A stretch of DNA of 64,000 nucleotides from Pseudomonadota bacterium (GTDB taxonomy: Bacteria; Pseudomonadota; Gammaproteobacteria; Pseudomonadales; Oleiphilaceae): NCBI GenBank assembly GCA_034189235.1, contig JAXHVJ010000003.1, positions 7,828 to 71,827 of the forward strand, read 5' to 3'. Position 1 is the stretch's first letter; each line of letters starts with the position of its first letter. The translations under genes and the position numbers were made by a program. Below are positions 26,634 to 37,276 of the stretch, one piece after another. The notes below the pieces were generated by a model that ran no database searches, was not told the origin of the DNA, and saw only the letters and a program-made list of their open reading frames with translations.

Positions 26634-29111
26634 TCAGGCGCCCGGGTGGCCGGAGGAGAGGCCCACCACGGCTGGCGTCAGGTCCTCCAGTGGCCGGGGA
26701 TCTTCCAGGTAGGAGCCCTGGCCGAAGTGGATCCCGAGGGTCCGCACACTCCGCAAGGTGTGGTCGCTTTCGATATGGGTCGCGACCGTGGTTTTCCCTG
26801 CCGCCTCGGCGATCCGGTGCAAGGCTTCCACCATCACCTGTTGCACCGGGTCCTCCTCCAGCTTTTCCATCATCCTGCGGTCCAGCTTGATGATGTCCAC
26901 GGGCAGTTCTGCCGCCAGGCTGTAACTTTCCACCGAGGCTCCCGCCCCTTCCAGTGCCACCCGGCAGCCGACCCTGTGCAGGGCGTCGCACAGAATGGCG
27001 ACGTCGTCCGGATACTGGGTGGCATGTTCCTCGCGGATTTCCAGGCAAAAGTATTCCGGCGAGAATGGCGAGTTGGCCAGTTCGGCTTCCAGAAAGTCGG
27101 GGAAGGTATCATCGAGCACACTGGTGATGGACAGGTTGAAGCCGCAATACTTGAGGCGCGGCTCCAGCAGCCTGTGTTGCGACAGCCAGTCCAGGGTCTG
27201 GCGGATCACCTGACGGTCCAGGCGTTTGGCCAGATCAAAGCGTTCGGTGACCGGCAGGAACTGGTCCGGCTGAAGTTGGATCTGGCCGTCCCGGAGCGCC
27301 GGGATACGGCACAATATCTCGATATGGTCACCCCAGGTGGCGCTGGCAACGGGCTTCAGCGCCTGGTATTCGAGCAGCAGCCGGCCGTTGTCCAGGGCCT
27401 CCCGGATCTGATCGAGCCGTTTGGCAATCAGGTCCTCGTCCATGCCGGAGGCGATAGCCCTGGCCGTGTGGATCCGGTTGCGACCGGAGGTCTTGGCGGT
27501 ATGACACAGGTCGGCGGCCTGGATCAGCAGTTTTTCCGGATCGTTCGGAAATCCGTTCTCGATTACCAGCAGACCGCCGCTGACGGTGGTCTGCAGCCTG
27601 CTGCCCTGCCATTCGAAGACAAAGCCGCGAACCAGTTCCCGGATATCGTCGGCAATTTTACGGGCCCGGGGCTCCGGGCAGTTCTCGATCAGCAGTACGA
27701 AAGTGTCCCCGGATAACCGGGCCAGGGTATCCTGTTGCCGTATCCGTATCCCCAGATTTCCGGCCAGCTCGCGCAGGTAACGGTCGCAGGTGCCACTGCC
27801 CGCGGTTTCGTTGAATCGGTTGAAGTCATCCAGGTCCAGATACAGCAAACTGTCGATGCTGTCACGGTGGGTTTTCTGTTCCAGGATCCGTAGCAGGCGG
27901 GCGAAGAATTCCCGGCGCTTCATCAGGCCGGTGACCGGGTCGCGGCGGATCCGGTCGCCGGCGTCGTTCTGGCTGATCCGGGTATGGGTGTTACGGCCAA
28001 CGTGAACGGCGCCGAGGATGTCGCCCTGGGCGCTGGTCAGGCGCTGGTAGTGAAATTCGTGGACGGGCAGATCGCGATTCTGATGGGTCAGGGGCATCTC
28101 CACCACGAAGCTGCCGCGTTCGAACGCCCGCTGCCAGAGCCGCTCGATCAGCCGGCGTTCGTTGGGGTGCTCCCTCAGCAGTTCTCTGAGATTGTCACCG
28201 GCGGCAGGCGTCTTTCCGAAGGTCCGGGCAAACTGGCTGGCGTAGGACTGGTTGCAGTGCAGGAGCGTCAGCCGGGTGTCTACCGCAGCCACCAGGTCAG
28301 GGGTTGCCTGCCCGGCGGCTTCCATGATCCGATGGCAATGATCGAGGGCCTTTTCCTGTTCCATGATCGCGGTGCGATCCACCAGGGTGCCCACCAGACG
28401 GCGGATGCGCCCACCGTTGCGCAGTGCCCGGCCATCCAGAACCATACGGCGCTGCTTTTGCCGTGCCGTCAGTACATTCAGTTCCAGGGAAAATGGCTGA
28501 CCGGTGCGTATGCAGCGCCGGAACAGCGCCCGGACCCTGGACTGGCCAGCCTGGCAATAGAACAAGGCCTGATCCGGGGTGAGGTCCAGACCCGGACGCA
28601 GCTCCAGCAGCTGGTAGATACCTTCACTCCAGGTCATTTCGTTGCTGGCGATATCCAGTTCCCAGAGTCCGAACCGGGCAAGGTCCTCAGCGGATTTCAG
28701 AAGGCAGGGATCCACGCGCGCAGCGTCAGCCAGGGCGATGGTGGCCCGCGCTGCCTGGTCGGAATCGTGAATGGCCTGCCTGAGACTGAGCCGGGCGGTA
28801 AAGAAGAAGCCTTCCCGGTGCCGGAAGGTCACCAGGATTTGCTGGCCATCTTCGATCTGGTGGCGGTTCAGCGGCGCGAACGGGTCGTCCTGGCGGGAGG
28901 CCAGGATGCGATGGACCGGTTGCCCCACCAGCTCACCGGCCTGGTAACCCAGGACCGCCCCGGCCTGATGATCAATATGCACTACGGTGCCTTCGTCATC
29001 GATCCTCAGCAGAGTCTGGCGGGCATCCTGTGTCGGGTGGTCTGGCCGGTAGCGGCGAATCACGAATTCTTTCACGTGTGGATAGCCTCGGGTGTCAGAC
29101 AATGGCTCCAT
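26634..29111 (-). CDS. PAS-PAS-GGDEF-EAL signalling protein with degenerate catalytic motifs
   Basis: Start moved to MEPLSDTRGY (29111) to avoid overlap with divergent lptM. The GGDEF position reads SGDTF, preceded by RQQD (RxxD). The EAL position reads EIL. The DDFGTG position reads LEGAGAS. Confidence 0.85.
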   Translation of the reverse strand: MEPLSDTRGYPHVKEFVIRRYRPDHPTQDARQTLLRIDDEGTVVHIDHQAGAVLGYQAGELVGQPVHRILASRQDDPFAPLNRHQIEDGQQILVTFRHREGFFFTARLSLRQAIHDSDQAARATIALADAARVDPCLLKSAEDLARFGLWELDIASNEMTWSEGIYQLLELRPGLDLTPDQALFYCQAGQSRVRALFRRCIRTGQPFSLELNVLTARQKQRRMVLDGRALRNGGRIRRLVGTLVDRTAIMEQEKALDHCHRIMEAAGQATPDLVAAVDTRLTLLHCNQSYASQFARTFGKTPAAGDNLRELLREHPNERRLIERLWQRAFERGSFVVEMPLTHQNRDLPVHEFHYQRLTSAQGDILGAVHVGRNTHTRISQNDAGDRIRRDPVTGLMKRREFFARLLRILEQKTHRDSIDSLLYLDLDDFNRFNETAGSGTCDRYLRELAGNLGIRIRQQDTLARLSGDTFVLLIENCPEPRARKIADDIRELVRGFVFEWQGSRLQTTVSGGLLVIENGFPNDPEKLLIQAADLCHTAKTSGRNRIHTARAIASGMDEDLIAKRLDQIREALDNGRLLLEYQALKPVASATWGDHIEILCRIPALRDGQIQLQPDQFLPVTERFDLAKRLDRQVIRQTLDWLSQHRLLEPRLKYCGFNLSITSVLDDTFPDFLEAELANSPFSPEYFCLEIREEHATQYPDDVAILCDALHRVGCRVALEGAGASVESYSLAAELPVDIIKLDRRMMEKLEEDPVQQVMVEALHRIAEAAGKTTVATHIESDHTLRSVRTLGIHFGQGSYLEDPRPLEDLTPAVVGLSSGHPGA

Positions 29112-29217
29112 GATACTGATACCACCGTGGAAAAGAACCTCCCGGTCCGATGCCGTGTCTCGCCCGCAGCCATGGGTGTCAGGTATACTGCGCGAAAGCA
29201 ACTTTCCGGGGGCGCCC

Positions 29218-29391
29218 ATGCCTTTTCGACTTTTTGCGATCTTCAGCCTCGTGTTTACCCTGTTACTGGCAGGCTGTGGCCAGAAGGGCCCGTTGTACCG
29301 CGACCAGAGCGGGGCAGCCGCCTCCGGGGCGGTCCGGGCCGTGACCGACGACGGCCAGGCCGACGAAGACCGTGAGCAGAGTGATAACTGA
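29218..29391 (+). CDS. lptM: Small lipoprotein LptM/YifL family
   Basis: 57 aa with lipobox and the signature LLAGCGQKGPLY. Immediately upstream of lysA, the conserved location. Confidence 0.72.
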   Translation: MPFRLFAIFSLVFTLLLAGCGQKGPLYRDQSGAAASGAVRAVTDDGQADEDREQSDN

Positions 29392-29425
29392 GCAGTCGCG
29401 ACCCGTTTAACGAATCAGGATATCC

Positions 29426-30676
29426 ATGGACCACTTCAACTACCGTAACGGCGAGCTCTACGCCGAAGACGTCCCTGTCTCCGAAATCGCCGAGCGTTTT
29501 GGCACGCCTGCCTACATCTATTCCCGGGCCACCCTCGAGCGCCATTACCGGGCTTATGACAGTGCACTCGAGGGTCGTCCGCACCTGGTGTGCTATGCGG
29601 TCAAGGCCAACAGCAACCTGGCGGTACTGAACGTGCTGGCCCGACTCGGGGCCGGTTTCGATATCGTGTCCGCAGGCGAGCTTGAACGCGTGCTGCGGGC
29701 CGGTGGTGATGCCGGCAGAGTGGTGTTCTCCGGTGTCGGCAAGCAGAAGTGGGAAATGAAGCGGGCCCTGGAGGCGGGGGTGCGCTGTTTCAACGTGGAG
29801 TCGGATACCGAGCTGGACCGCCTGGACCAGGTGGCCGGCGAGCTGGGAGTAAAGGCCCCGGTTTCCCTGCGCGTCAACCCGGACGTCGATGCCGGGACCC
29901 ATCCCTATATCTCCACCGGTCTCAAAGAGAACAAGTTCGGCATCGATATCGCCGGGGCGCCGCAGGTCTATGCCCGGGCCGCAGCCCTGCCGAACCTTGA
30001 GGTCCATGGTGTGGACTGCCACATCGGCTCGCAGCTCACTTCCGTATCGCCGTTCCTGGATGCCCTGGACCGGGTGTTGGCGCTGATCGATGTCCTGGCG
30101 GAGCAGGGCATACAGATCCGTCACCTGGACATGGGTGGCGGTCTGGGTGTGACCTATGACCAGGAGCAACCGCCGCAGCCGTCGGACTATGTCAAGGCCC
30201 TGGCGGAACGCCTGGGGAATCGCAACCTGGAACTGATTCTCGAGCCGGGGCGCTCGATCGCTGCCAACGCCGGGATCCTGGTCACTCGGGTCGAGTTCCT
30301 CAAGTGCACCGAACACCGCAATTTCGCTATCATCGATGCCGCCATGAACGACCTGATTCGTCCGGCCCTGTACAGCGCCTGGCAGTCCATCATTCCGGTC
30401 CGGCCACACAAGAACGGCGAAGAGAAAGCCTGGGACCTGGTGGGGCCGGTCTGTGAGACCGGGGATTTCCTGGGCAAGGACCGGCATTTGCGGTTGCAGG
30501 CGGGAGACTTGCTGGCGGTCCGCTCCGCTGGCGCCTATGGTTTTGTTATGAGTTCCAATTACAACACCCGTAACCGTCCCCCCGAGCTGATGGTGGACGG
30601 GGACCAGGTGCACGTGGTTCGCCGCCGGGAAACCCTGGAGGACCAGCTCGCCCCTGAAAGTTGTCTGCCGGAATGA
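29426..30676 (+). CDS. lysA: Diaminopimelate decarboxylase
   Basis: [11 protein letters not shown]-Lys motif and the [10 protein letters not shown] motif. Full-length LysA. Confidence 0.95.
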   Translation: MDHFNYRNGELYAEDVPVSEIAERFGTPAYIYSRATLERHYRAYDSALEGRPHLVCYAVKANSNLAVLNVLARLGAGFDIVSAGELERVLRAGGDAGRVVFSGVGKQKWEMKRALEAGVRCFNVESDTELDRLDQVAGELGVKAPVSLRVNPDVDAGTHPYISTGLKENKFGIDIAGAPQVYARAAALPNLEVHGVDCHIGSQLTSVSPFLDALDRVLALIDVLAEQGIQIRHLDMGGGLGVTYDQEQPPQPSDYVKALAERLGNRNLELILEPGRSIAANAGILVTRVEFLKCTEHRNFAIIDAAMNDLIRPALYSAWQSIIPVRPHKNGEEKAWDLVGPVCETGDFLGKDRHLRLQAGDLLAVRSAGAYGFVMSSNYNTRNRPPELMVDGDQVHVVRRRETLEDQLAPESCLPE

Positions 30677-30690
30677 CCGGGGAGCAGGAG

Positions 30691-31605
30691 ATGAGTCAGC
30701 AGCGACGCGGGCAGGGCCCGACCCTCCGGTTCACCAAGATGCATGGCCTGGGCAATGATTTCATGGTGGTCGACGCCATCAGTCAGCCATTCCGGCTGCG
30801 CCCGGAGATGATCCGGGAGCTGGCGGACCGGAATTTCGGTATAGGCTTCGATCAGCTGCTGGTGGTGGAGCCGCCCGGCTTGCCGGATGTGGATTTCCGT
30901 TACCGCATATTCAATGCCGATGGCTCGGAAGTGGAGCAGTGTGGTAACGGTGCCCGCTGCTTCGCCCGATTCGTTCGGGACCAACGCCTGACCAACAAGA
31001 AAGTCATCCGGGTCCAGACCGCCAAGGGTGTGATCGAGCTGCGCGTCGGGAAGGACGGCATGGTCATGGTCAACATGGGGGTGCCCGAACTCAATCCGCC
31101 GGCGATTCCTTTTGCCGCCGACCGGCGCAAGGACGTCTATACGGTCGACGTCGATGGCCAGACCGTGGAGCTCAGTGCGGTCTCCGTGGGTAATCCCCAC
31201 GGTGTCCTGGTGGTGGATGACGTTGACACGGCTCCGGTGGAAACCCTGGGGCCGCTGCTGGAACGCCACCCCCGCTTTCCGGCCCGGGCCAACATCGGCT
31301 TCCTGCAGGTTCTCGATCGGAGTCATGCCCGTCTGCGGGTGTTCGAACGGGGCTCCGGCGAGACCCTGGCCTGCGGCAGCGGTGCCTGCGCCGCTGTGGT
31401 TGCCGGCAATGTCCGCGGCTTGCTCGACCAGCGGGTGGAAGTGGAGCTGCGCGGCGGCAAGCTGGTCGTCGAATGGCAGGGGGAAGGGGCGCCTGTTATG
31501 ATGGAAGGCCCTGCAACCACAGTGTTTGAAGGGCAGTTGCGCCTGCCAGCTGACAACCATACCCGCCGCCGCAAGAGTGGTCGTTCCAACAGACAACGTT
31601 CCTGA
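30691..31605 (+). CDS. dapF: Diaminopimelate epimerase
   Basis: [15 protein letters not shown] and the two catalytic Cys motifs ([18 protein letters not shown]). ATG at 30691 after GGAGCAGGAG. Confidence 0.95.
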   Translation: MSQQRRGQGPTLRFTKMHGLGNDFMVVDAISQPFRLRPEMIRELADRNFGIGFDQLLVVEPPGLPDVDFRYRIFNADGSEVEQCGNGARCFARFVRDQRLTNKKVIRVQTAKGVIELRVGKDGMVMVNMGVPELNPPAIPFAADRRKDVYTVDVDGQTVELSAVSVGNPHGVLVVDDVDTAPVETLGPLLERHPRFPARANIGFLQVLDRSHARLRVFERGSGETLACGSGACAAVVAGNVRGLLDQRVEVELRGGKLVVEWQGEGAPVMMEGPATTVFEGQLRLPADNHTRRRKSGRSNRQRS

Positions 31606-31622
31606 CAGCCCGGGAGAACGCG

Positions 31623-32369
31623 ATGACAGAACAGACGGTCCGCAAGAAGGCCGAAGACCTCACGCCGGAACAGGTGGCCGACTACCTGAGGGCCAATCCT
31701 GACTTCTTCGTTGATCAGGATGAACTTCTGCGTAGCCTGACCCTGCCCCATGACAGCGGGCGCGCCATCTCCCTGGTGGAGCGGCAGGTGCATCTGTTCC
31801 GCGAGCAGCGCGACACCCTGCGCCGGGAACTGGTGGAACTGGTCTCCATTGCCCGCCATAACGACCGCCTGTTCGAGAAAAGCAAACGGCTGCTGATGCA
31901 GGTGATCGAGGCCCGCACCCTCAACGACATGGCGTCGGTTATCGATGACAGTATCCGCGGCGATTTCGGCCTGGATGCCGCCTCGGTCCTGCTGTTTACC
32001 GACCAGGCCCTGCCGGAAGCCTCTCAGGGTGCCTTGCACGTGGTCGGCCCGGACCTGGCCCGGGAACGGCTGGGCATGCTGCTGGACGGCGAGCGCGCGG
32101 TGTGTGGGCAGTTCCGGGAGAGCGAGCGGGAATTCCTGTTCCCGGACCGGGAAGAGCCGATTGCCTCGGTTGCCCTGGTGCCGCTGCGCCATGAACAACT
32201 GGTGGGTGTATTTGCCGTCGGCAGCTGCCAGCCCGGATACTTCGACCAGAGCATGGGGTCACTGTTCCTGAGCTACATCAGCGACACCCTGAGCCGCCTG
32301 CTGCCCCCCATGATCCAGCGCCACACCGGCAGTGCGCCGGTGGCCGACATCACCGCGGAGTCCCGGTAG
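31623..32369 (+). CDS. DUF484 (YigA-like) protein
   Basis: VADYLRANPDFFVDQDELL start, typical of DUF484. Conserved dapF-DUF484-xerC order. Confidence 0.8.
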   Translation: MTEQTVRKKAEDLTPEQVADYLRANPDFFVDQDELLRSLTLPHDSGRAISLVERQVHLFREQRDTLRRELVELVSIARHNDRLFEKSKRLLMQVIEARTLNDMASVIDDSIRGDFGLDAASVLLFTDQALPEASQGALHVVGPDLARERLGMLLDGERAVCGQFRESEREFLFPDREEPIASVALVPLRHEQLVGVFAVGSCQPGYFDQSMGSLFLSYISDTLSRLLPPMIQRHTGSAPVADITAESR

Positions 32370-32394
32370 CGTGTCAGCGGGGGCCGTCGCCACG

Positions 32395-33324
32395 ATGCTG
32401 CCCGATTCGCTGCAGGAACCGCTGTCGCGGTTTGTTCGCCACCTGGCTTCCGAGAAGCGCCATTCGCCGCGTACCTGTGACAGTTATGAGCGGGACCTGA
32501 ACCGACTGGCGCTCTGGCTGGCAGAGTCCGGACGTGACCAGTGGCGGTTGCTGCTCAGCCATGACCTGCGCCGTTACGTGGCGGTCCTCAGCCGGCAGGG
32601 GCTGGGCGGCCGCAGCATCGCCCGTCATCTTTCGGCCATTCGCCGGTTCTATAACTTCCTGCTGCGGGAACGGCTGGTGACGGACAACCCGGCCGTGGAT
32701 GTCCGTGCCCCCAAAAGCGGCCGCCGTTTGCCCCGGGTGGCAGACGTGGACCAGCTCAGCCAGTTGCTCGATGCCAGCCCTGACGACCCCCTCGAGGTGC
32801 GGGATCTGTGCATGTTCGAGTTGATGTACTCTTCCGGTCTGCGGCTGTCGGAACTGGCCGATCTGAATCTTGACTCGCTGGACCTGCGAGCCGGGGAAGT
32901 GCGGGTGGTCGGTAAAGGCAACAAGGAACGGGTTTTGCCGGTGGGACGCAAGGCTGTGGACGCCATCCGTACCTGGCTATCCGTGCGTCCGGAACTGGCG
33001 CCGGAAGGCGAGAAGGCGGTCTTTGTCAGTCGTCGGGGGGACCGGCTCAGCCGTCGCAGTATCCAGTCCCGGCTGGGGCGCTGGGGGATAACCCGGGGCG
33101 CCGACCAGAAACTGCATCCACACCTGTTAAGGCATTCCTTCGCCAGTCATATGCTGGAGTCCAGTGGCGATCTGAGGGCCGTCCAGGAACTGCTGGGCCA
33201 CGCCGACATTGCCACCACCCAGGTCTATACCCATCTTGATTTCCAGCACCTGGCGCGGGTCTATGATCAGAGTCATCCCCGGGCCCGGCGCAACAAATCC
33301 GGACCCGGTTCCGACGATCAGTGA
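32395..33324 (+). CDS. xerC: Tyrosine recombinase XerC
   Basis: Catalytic residues sit in canonical context (ELMYSSGLRLSE, HLLRHSFASHML, GHADIATTQVYTH). An alternative GTG start at 32371 is possible. Confidence 0.9.
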   Translation: MLPDSLQEPLSRFVRHLASEKRHSPRTCDSYERDLNRLALWLAESGRDQWRLLLSHDLRRYVAVLSRQGLGGRSIARHLSAIRRFYNFLLRERLVTDNPAVDVRAPKSGRRLPRVADVDQLSQLLDASPDDPLEVRDLCMFELMYSSGLRLSELADLNLDSLDLRAGEVRVVGKGNKERVLPVGRKAVDAIRTWLSVRPELAPEGEKAVFVSRRGDRLSRRSIQSRLGRWGITRGADQKLHPHLLRHSFASHMLESSGDLRAVQELLGHADIATTQVYTHLDFQHLARVYDQSHPRARRNKSGPGSDDQ

Positions 33325-33551
33325 CGCATCATTGCGTCCAGCTCGTCGATGATCTCCGCCCAGTCACTGTCCTCTTCCAGTCCTTCCTCCAGGAAGTGGG
33401 ACTGGCTTTCCGACCAGAACGGAGCGTCCTGAAGGGCAATCTCCCGCGGGAGCGGGGAATGCCTGGCGACAAAGTCCTCAATGCTCTTGTCATCGGAGGC
33501 CAGACCGAGCTGCTCGAACAGGGTGCTCAGTGAGTGTTTGCTGGTGTCCAT
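33318..33551 (-). CDS. DUF2789-like small acidic protein
   Basis: Start taken at MDTSKHSLSTLFEQLGL. The sequence is typical of DUF2789 from memory. Confidence 0.55.
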   Translation of the reverse strand: MDTSKHSLSTLFEQLGLASDDKSIEDFVARHSPLPREIALQDAPFWSESQSHFLEEGLEEDSDWAEIIDELDAMMRH

Positions 33552-33645
33552 GGAGTACTGTCTCCTTATTGGGGTATCTGAATGAAATCGCCAACGTTTG
33601 CAGGTATTGTTCACTGAACTTTAGCGAATCCCGGGAGGATATCCA

Positions 33646-36444
33646 GTGAAGGTCGTCCTTCGCTCCCTGTTACTATGCAGCCTGCTTGGCCTGTTTCAAT
33701 CCCCGGTCCTGGCGGATCCTCCCCAGCCCTCGCCGGCACCGGTGCTTGGCCGGTCTGACCTTGAGTGGCTGCAACAGCAGGAGCGGTTTGTGGTGGGCGT
33801 CCGGAGTGGCCAGGTACCTTTGGTCTTCAACACCGGAGACGGGGTGCTTGCGGGGACCTATATCGATTATCTGGCCCGCCTCTCGGACAAGCTGGGTGTG
33901 CCAGTGGATCCGGTTGTCCTGGACGACGGTCAATCGCCTGGCGCCATGCTACCGGAGACCGATGCGCTGTTAACCACTCATGCGCCGGGCACCCGGATTG
34001 CCGGCGGTCAGCGCATGACCAGGCCACTGATGACGCTGACCTACGGGCTGTTTGTCAGTGCCGGCGATGCCGCCATCCAGTCCCTCCCGGACCTGGAGGG
34101 GAGCCAGATCGCCATCATCGAGGGTGACAGCAATCAGTATGCGATCCTGGAATCGGTGGAAGAGTTCCGGCCGGTGCCGGTAAAGGGGGTCGGGGAGGCA
34201 GTCAGCACGGTGCTCTCCGGCAAGGCCCAGGCGTTTGTCGGACCGGTGCCGGTGGTGTCCGATTACCTGCGGTCAGCCATGATCAACGGCATCGGTCTGG
34301 CCAGGCTGCTCGACGAAAAGCCGGTGGATGTGGTGCTCCAGGTCCCGGCGAAACAGGATCGCCTGTTCCGGGTGCTCGACAGCGCGATTGCCGCCATCAG
34401 TCACAACGAGCACCGGGTGATCCGTCAATCCTGGCTACAGGCGGATGTGCCGTCCATGGCGCGCAGTGGTGTCGAACTCTCGGCGACAGACAAGGACTGG
34501 CTCAAGCGCAATCCCGACCTGCGGGTAGCCTTCCGCTCGGAATGGCCACCGTTCGAGTATGAGCAGGATGGGAAGGCCACCGGCCTGGTGGCGGACCTGG
34601 TAACCCGGCTCGAATCCGAGCTGGGTAGCCGTTTCACTCGTACCCTGGTGACGGACTGGTCCGAGGCGGAGCAGAAACTGGCGGATGGCCAGGTGGACAT
34701 TCTGCCCGGTCTGTCCCGGACGCCCCGCACCGAAAACGAATACCTGTTTACCCGATCCTATCTCAATGTACCCATCGCCCTGGTGATCCGTGATGACAGC
34801 CGGTTTATCGGGGATCTCCGGGAGTTGCGGGACGAGCGTGTCGGTGTCGTCAATCGCCATGCTGCCCATGACTACCTGCTGATCAACCATCCCGACCTCG
34901 ACCTCTATCCCGTGGGCGATGTGGAGGAGGGTCTGCTGGCCCTGTCCAATGGCGATCTGGATGTGATGGTGACCCATATTCCGGCAGTCAGCTACACGGT
35001 CGCTCGCCTGGGGCTGTCCAACCTGCGGATCACCAGCATTACTCCCTACCAGTACGATCTCAGGCTGGCGGTGCGCAAGGACAACCCGGAGCTGCACCGG
35101 ATCCTGAACAAGGGCCTCTCCAGCCTTGAGGCGTCGGAAACCGAGTCCATTTACAACCGCTGGATTCACCTGGATATCAAACAGGAAACCGACTACACGG
35201 TCGTGCGCCGGGTGGTGCTGATCGCTATCGTGGTGGTGCTGATCTTCCTGTACTGGAACCGGAAGTTGTCCCGGGAGGTGGACGAACGGATCCGCTCGGA
35301 GAATGCCCTGCGCCGCAGTGAGGACGAGTTGCGGGCGGCCAAGCTCGAGGCCGAGCGGCTGGCCCGGGAGGCCGAGGCCGCAAGCCGGGCCAAGAGTGAG
35401 TTCCTGGCCAATATGTCCCATGAGATCCGGACCCCGATGAATGCGGTGATCGGTTACAGCGACCTGCTCAGCAACAGCGTGACCGACCCCCGGCAGCGCA
35501 GTTACCTGGACGCCATTCGCGCCGGCAGCCGCAGCCTGCTGATGCTGATCAATGACATCCTGGACCTGTCCCGGATCGAGGCCGGCAAGATGCGCCTGGA
35601 CTATTCGGCGGTATCGGTGCGCCGCCTGCTGAGCGATGTCCGGCATATTTTCGATCTTCGCGCCCGCGACCAGGGCATTACCCTGGAGGTGAGCGTGGAT
35701 TCCGGAATGCCCGCGGCCATGATGCTGGACGAGACCCGGCTGCGCCAGGTGCTGTTCAACCTGGTGGGGAACGCCATCAAGTTCACCCACGAGGGGGGGG
35801 TTACGGTCCGGGCCACGGCAAAACCGCTGAAACCACTGGAAGATGCTTCGAATGAACAGGGCAAAACGGCCGACCGCCAGTTCTACCAATTGGAGGTCAC
35901 CGTCAGTGATACCGGAATCGGTATACCCCCGGACCAGTTGGATCGGATCTTCGATGCCTTCGAACAGCAGGAGGGCCAGAACACCCGGCGCTATGGCGGT
36001 ACCGGCCTGGGGCTGGCGATCAGCCGCAAACTGGCGCGTATGATGGGTGGAGACCTGGCGGTGGAGAGCAAACCCGGCACCGGTTCGGTGTTTACCGTGA
36101 CGCTACCGAAAGTGGAGGCGACGGGGGAACAGGCCGAGGAGGATGGCGAGCCGAAAGAACAGGACCGCCTGCTGGCCCAGACCCTGAGTATGCAGGAGCG
36201 TGGCTGGTTGCGGCAGCAGCTGGCCCGGGACTTTGGCGATGAGTGGGAAACGGTTCGCGAGAGCGGTGATCCGGAGCAGATGAAGGATTTTGCCCGGCGC
36301 GTCGTGGCCTGGGGCCAGCGGCACCGGTCACCGTCGGTTACCCGCTACGGTGAAAAACTGCTGGCGAATGTGGAGGCGTTCAACCTGGATGCGGTGAACG
36401 GTGCGCTGGAGGCGTTTCCGAAGCTGCTGGGGCGGCAGGGCTGA
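33646..36444 (+). CDS. Sensor histidine kinase with two tandem periplasmic solute-binding (SBP-3-like) domains
   Basis: GTG start after GGAGGA. Signal peptide, two ~230 aa SBP-like modules, one TM segment ([15 protein letters not shown]), a coiled coil, H-box [16 protein letters not shown] boxes ([26 protein letters not shown]), and a ~110 aa C-terminal extension. Confidence 0.85.
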   Translation: MKVVLRSLLLCSLLGLFQSPVLADPPQPSPAPVLGRSDLEWLQQQERFVVGVRSGQVPLVFNTGDGVLAGTYIDYLARLSDKLGVPVDPVVLDDGQSPGAMLPETDALLTTHAPGTRIAGGQRMTRPLMTLTYGLFVSAGDAAIQSLPDLEGSQIAIIEGDSNQYAILESVEEFRPVPVKGVGEAVSTVLSGKAQAFVGPVPVVSDYLRSAMINGIGLARLLDEKPVDVVLQVPAKQDRLFRVLDSAIAAISHNEHRVIRQSWLQADVPSMARSGVELSATDKDWLKRNPDLRVAFRSEWPPFEYEQDGKATGLVADLVTRLESELGSRFTRTLVTDWSEAEQKLADGQVDILPGLSRTPRTENEYLFTRSYLNVPIALVIRDDSRFIGDLRELRDERVGVVNRHAAHDYLLINHPDLDLYPVGDVEEGLLALSNGDLDVMVTHIPAVSYTVARLGLSNLRITSITPYQYDLRLAVRKDNPELHRILNKGLSSLEASETESIYNRWIHLDIKQETDYTVVRRVVLIAIVVVLIFLYWNRKLSREVDERIRSENALRRSEDELRAAKLEAERLAREAEAASRAKSEFLANMSHEIRTPMNAVIGYSDLLSNSVTDPRQRSYLDAIRAGSRSLLMLINDILDLSRIEAGKMRLDYSAVSVRRLLSDVRHIFDLRARDQGITLEVSVDSGMPAAMMLDETRLRQVLFNLVGNAIKFTHEGGVTVRATAKPLKPLEDASNEQGKTADRQFYQLEVTVSDTGIGIPPDQLDRIFDAFEQQEGQNTRRYGGTGLGLAISRKLARMMGGDLAVESKPGTGSVFTVTLPKVEATGEQAEEDGEPKEQDRLLAQTLSMQERGWLRQQLARDFGDEWETVRESGDPEQMKDFARRVVAWGQRHRSPSVTRYGEKLLANVEAFNLDAVNGALEAFPKLLGRQG

Positions 36445-36647
36445 CCTGCCGCTGATTACAGGCAGTCGAACTGTGAGCGCCGGTCGAAGGCGACGGACAC
36501 CATGTCATAGCCGGATTCGGACAGGTTGCGGATCAGGTCAAGATCCTTCAGCTGTTTGCAGTCCGGATACAGTTTCTCCGGGCTGCCCCGGGCGAGCGGA
36601 TCGACTATGCTTTCAAGAGCGAAAAAGGTAGGTAGGGAGAGAGAGCC

Positions 36648-37250
36648 ATGTTTCAGCTGGTATTCAAAGGCGAGTGTGTTGAAGGAACCGATGAGCAGAC
36701 GGCAAGAAATAATGCGCGGGCGCTGTTCAAGGCCTCTGTCGAACAGGTCGAACGGATGTTCAGCGGTCAGCCGGTGGTCATCCGCAACAAGCTCGAGGAG
36801 GCCCGGGCCGAAAAGTACCGGGCGGTTCTGAAAAAACATGGCATGGTGGCTTATGTACAGCCCATGCCCGGGGTCCGGCCCGTGCAAGAACCCTCACGTT
36901 CCGGGGCCGGGGCTCCGGTACGCAGCGAGCCGGCACCCGAGCCGACCGCAAGCGCCCGGGCGCCTGCCAGTGGTGGCGCAACTCCGAAGGTAGAACCGGG
37001 GGACCGGTTGCCGGTCGCCGGAGAGAAGGTGGATGACATCCTGGCTGACAGTGGTCTGAACCTCGATCCCGTCGGAGTGACCCTGGTAGAGCATAAGGAA
37101 GCCGGGGCCCCCATGTTCGAGCACGTGGATGACTGGACCCTGGCTCCGGCGGGCTCGGATCTCGGAGTGGAGCGGGAGCTGCCGCCGACTATGGTGCCGG
37201 ATGTGTCGCACCTGTCCCTGGTGGACGAGGGCGACAAGGACACGCGCTGA
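36648..37250 (+). CDS. Hypothetical protein (small alpha/beta N-domain, Pro/Ala-rich linker, acidic C-terminus)
   Basis: ATG preceded by GGTAGGGAGAGAG. Coding-like codon usage. The N-terminal MFQLVFKGECVEG..ARALFKASVEQVERMFSG.PVVIRNKLEEARAEKYRAVLKKHG resembles a recurrent uncharacterised module. 27 nt upstream of the patatin gene. Confidence 0.55.
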   Translation: MFQLVFKGECVEGTDEQTARNNARALFKASVEQVERMFSGQPVVIRNKLEEARAEKYRAVLKKHGMVAYVQPMPGVRPVQEPSRSGAGAPVRSEPAPEPTASARAPASGGATPKVEPGDRLPVAGEKVDDILADSGLNLDPVGVTLVEHKEAGAPMFEHVDDWTLAPAGSDLGVERELPPTMVPDVSHLSLVDEGDKDTR

Positions 37251-37276
37251 GTGCATTCGGTAACAGGACGCGTCCG

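Noticed and set aside
32395-33324. Tyrosine recombinase as a possible integrase marking a mobile element.
   Set aside because: The sequence and the dapF-DUF484-xerC context are those of housekeeping XerC. There is no adjacent tRNA, att-like repeat, phage gene or IS gene.
36456-36887. The full 143 aa minus-strand ORF as a real gene.
   Set aside because: Its 5' two thirds are antisense to the better-supported 36648-37250 gene and translate to junk-like sequence. Only the 3' ~190 nt look coding, and that part is reported separately as a finding.
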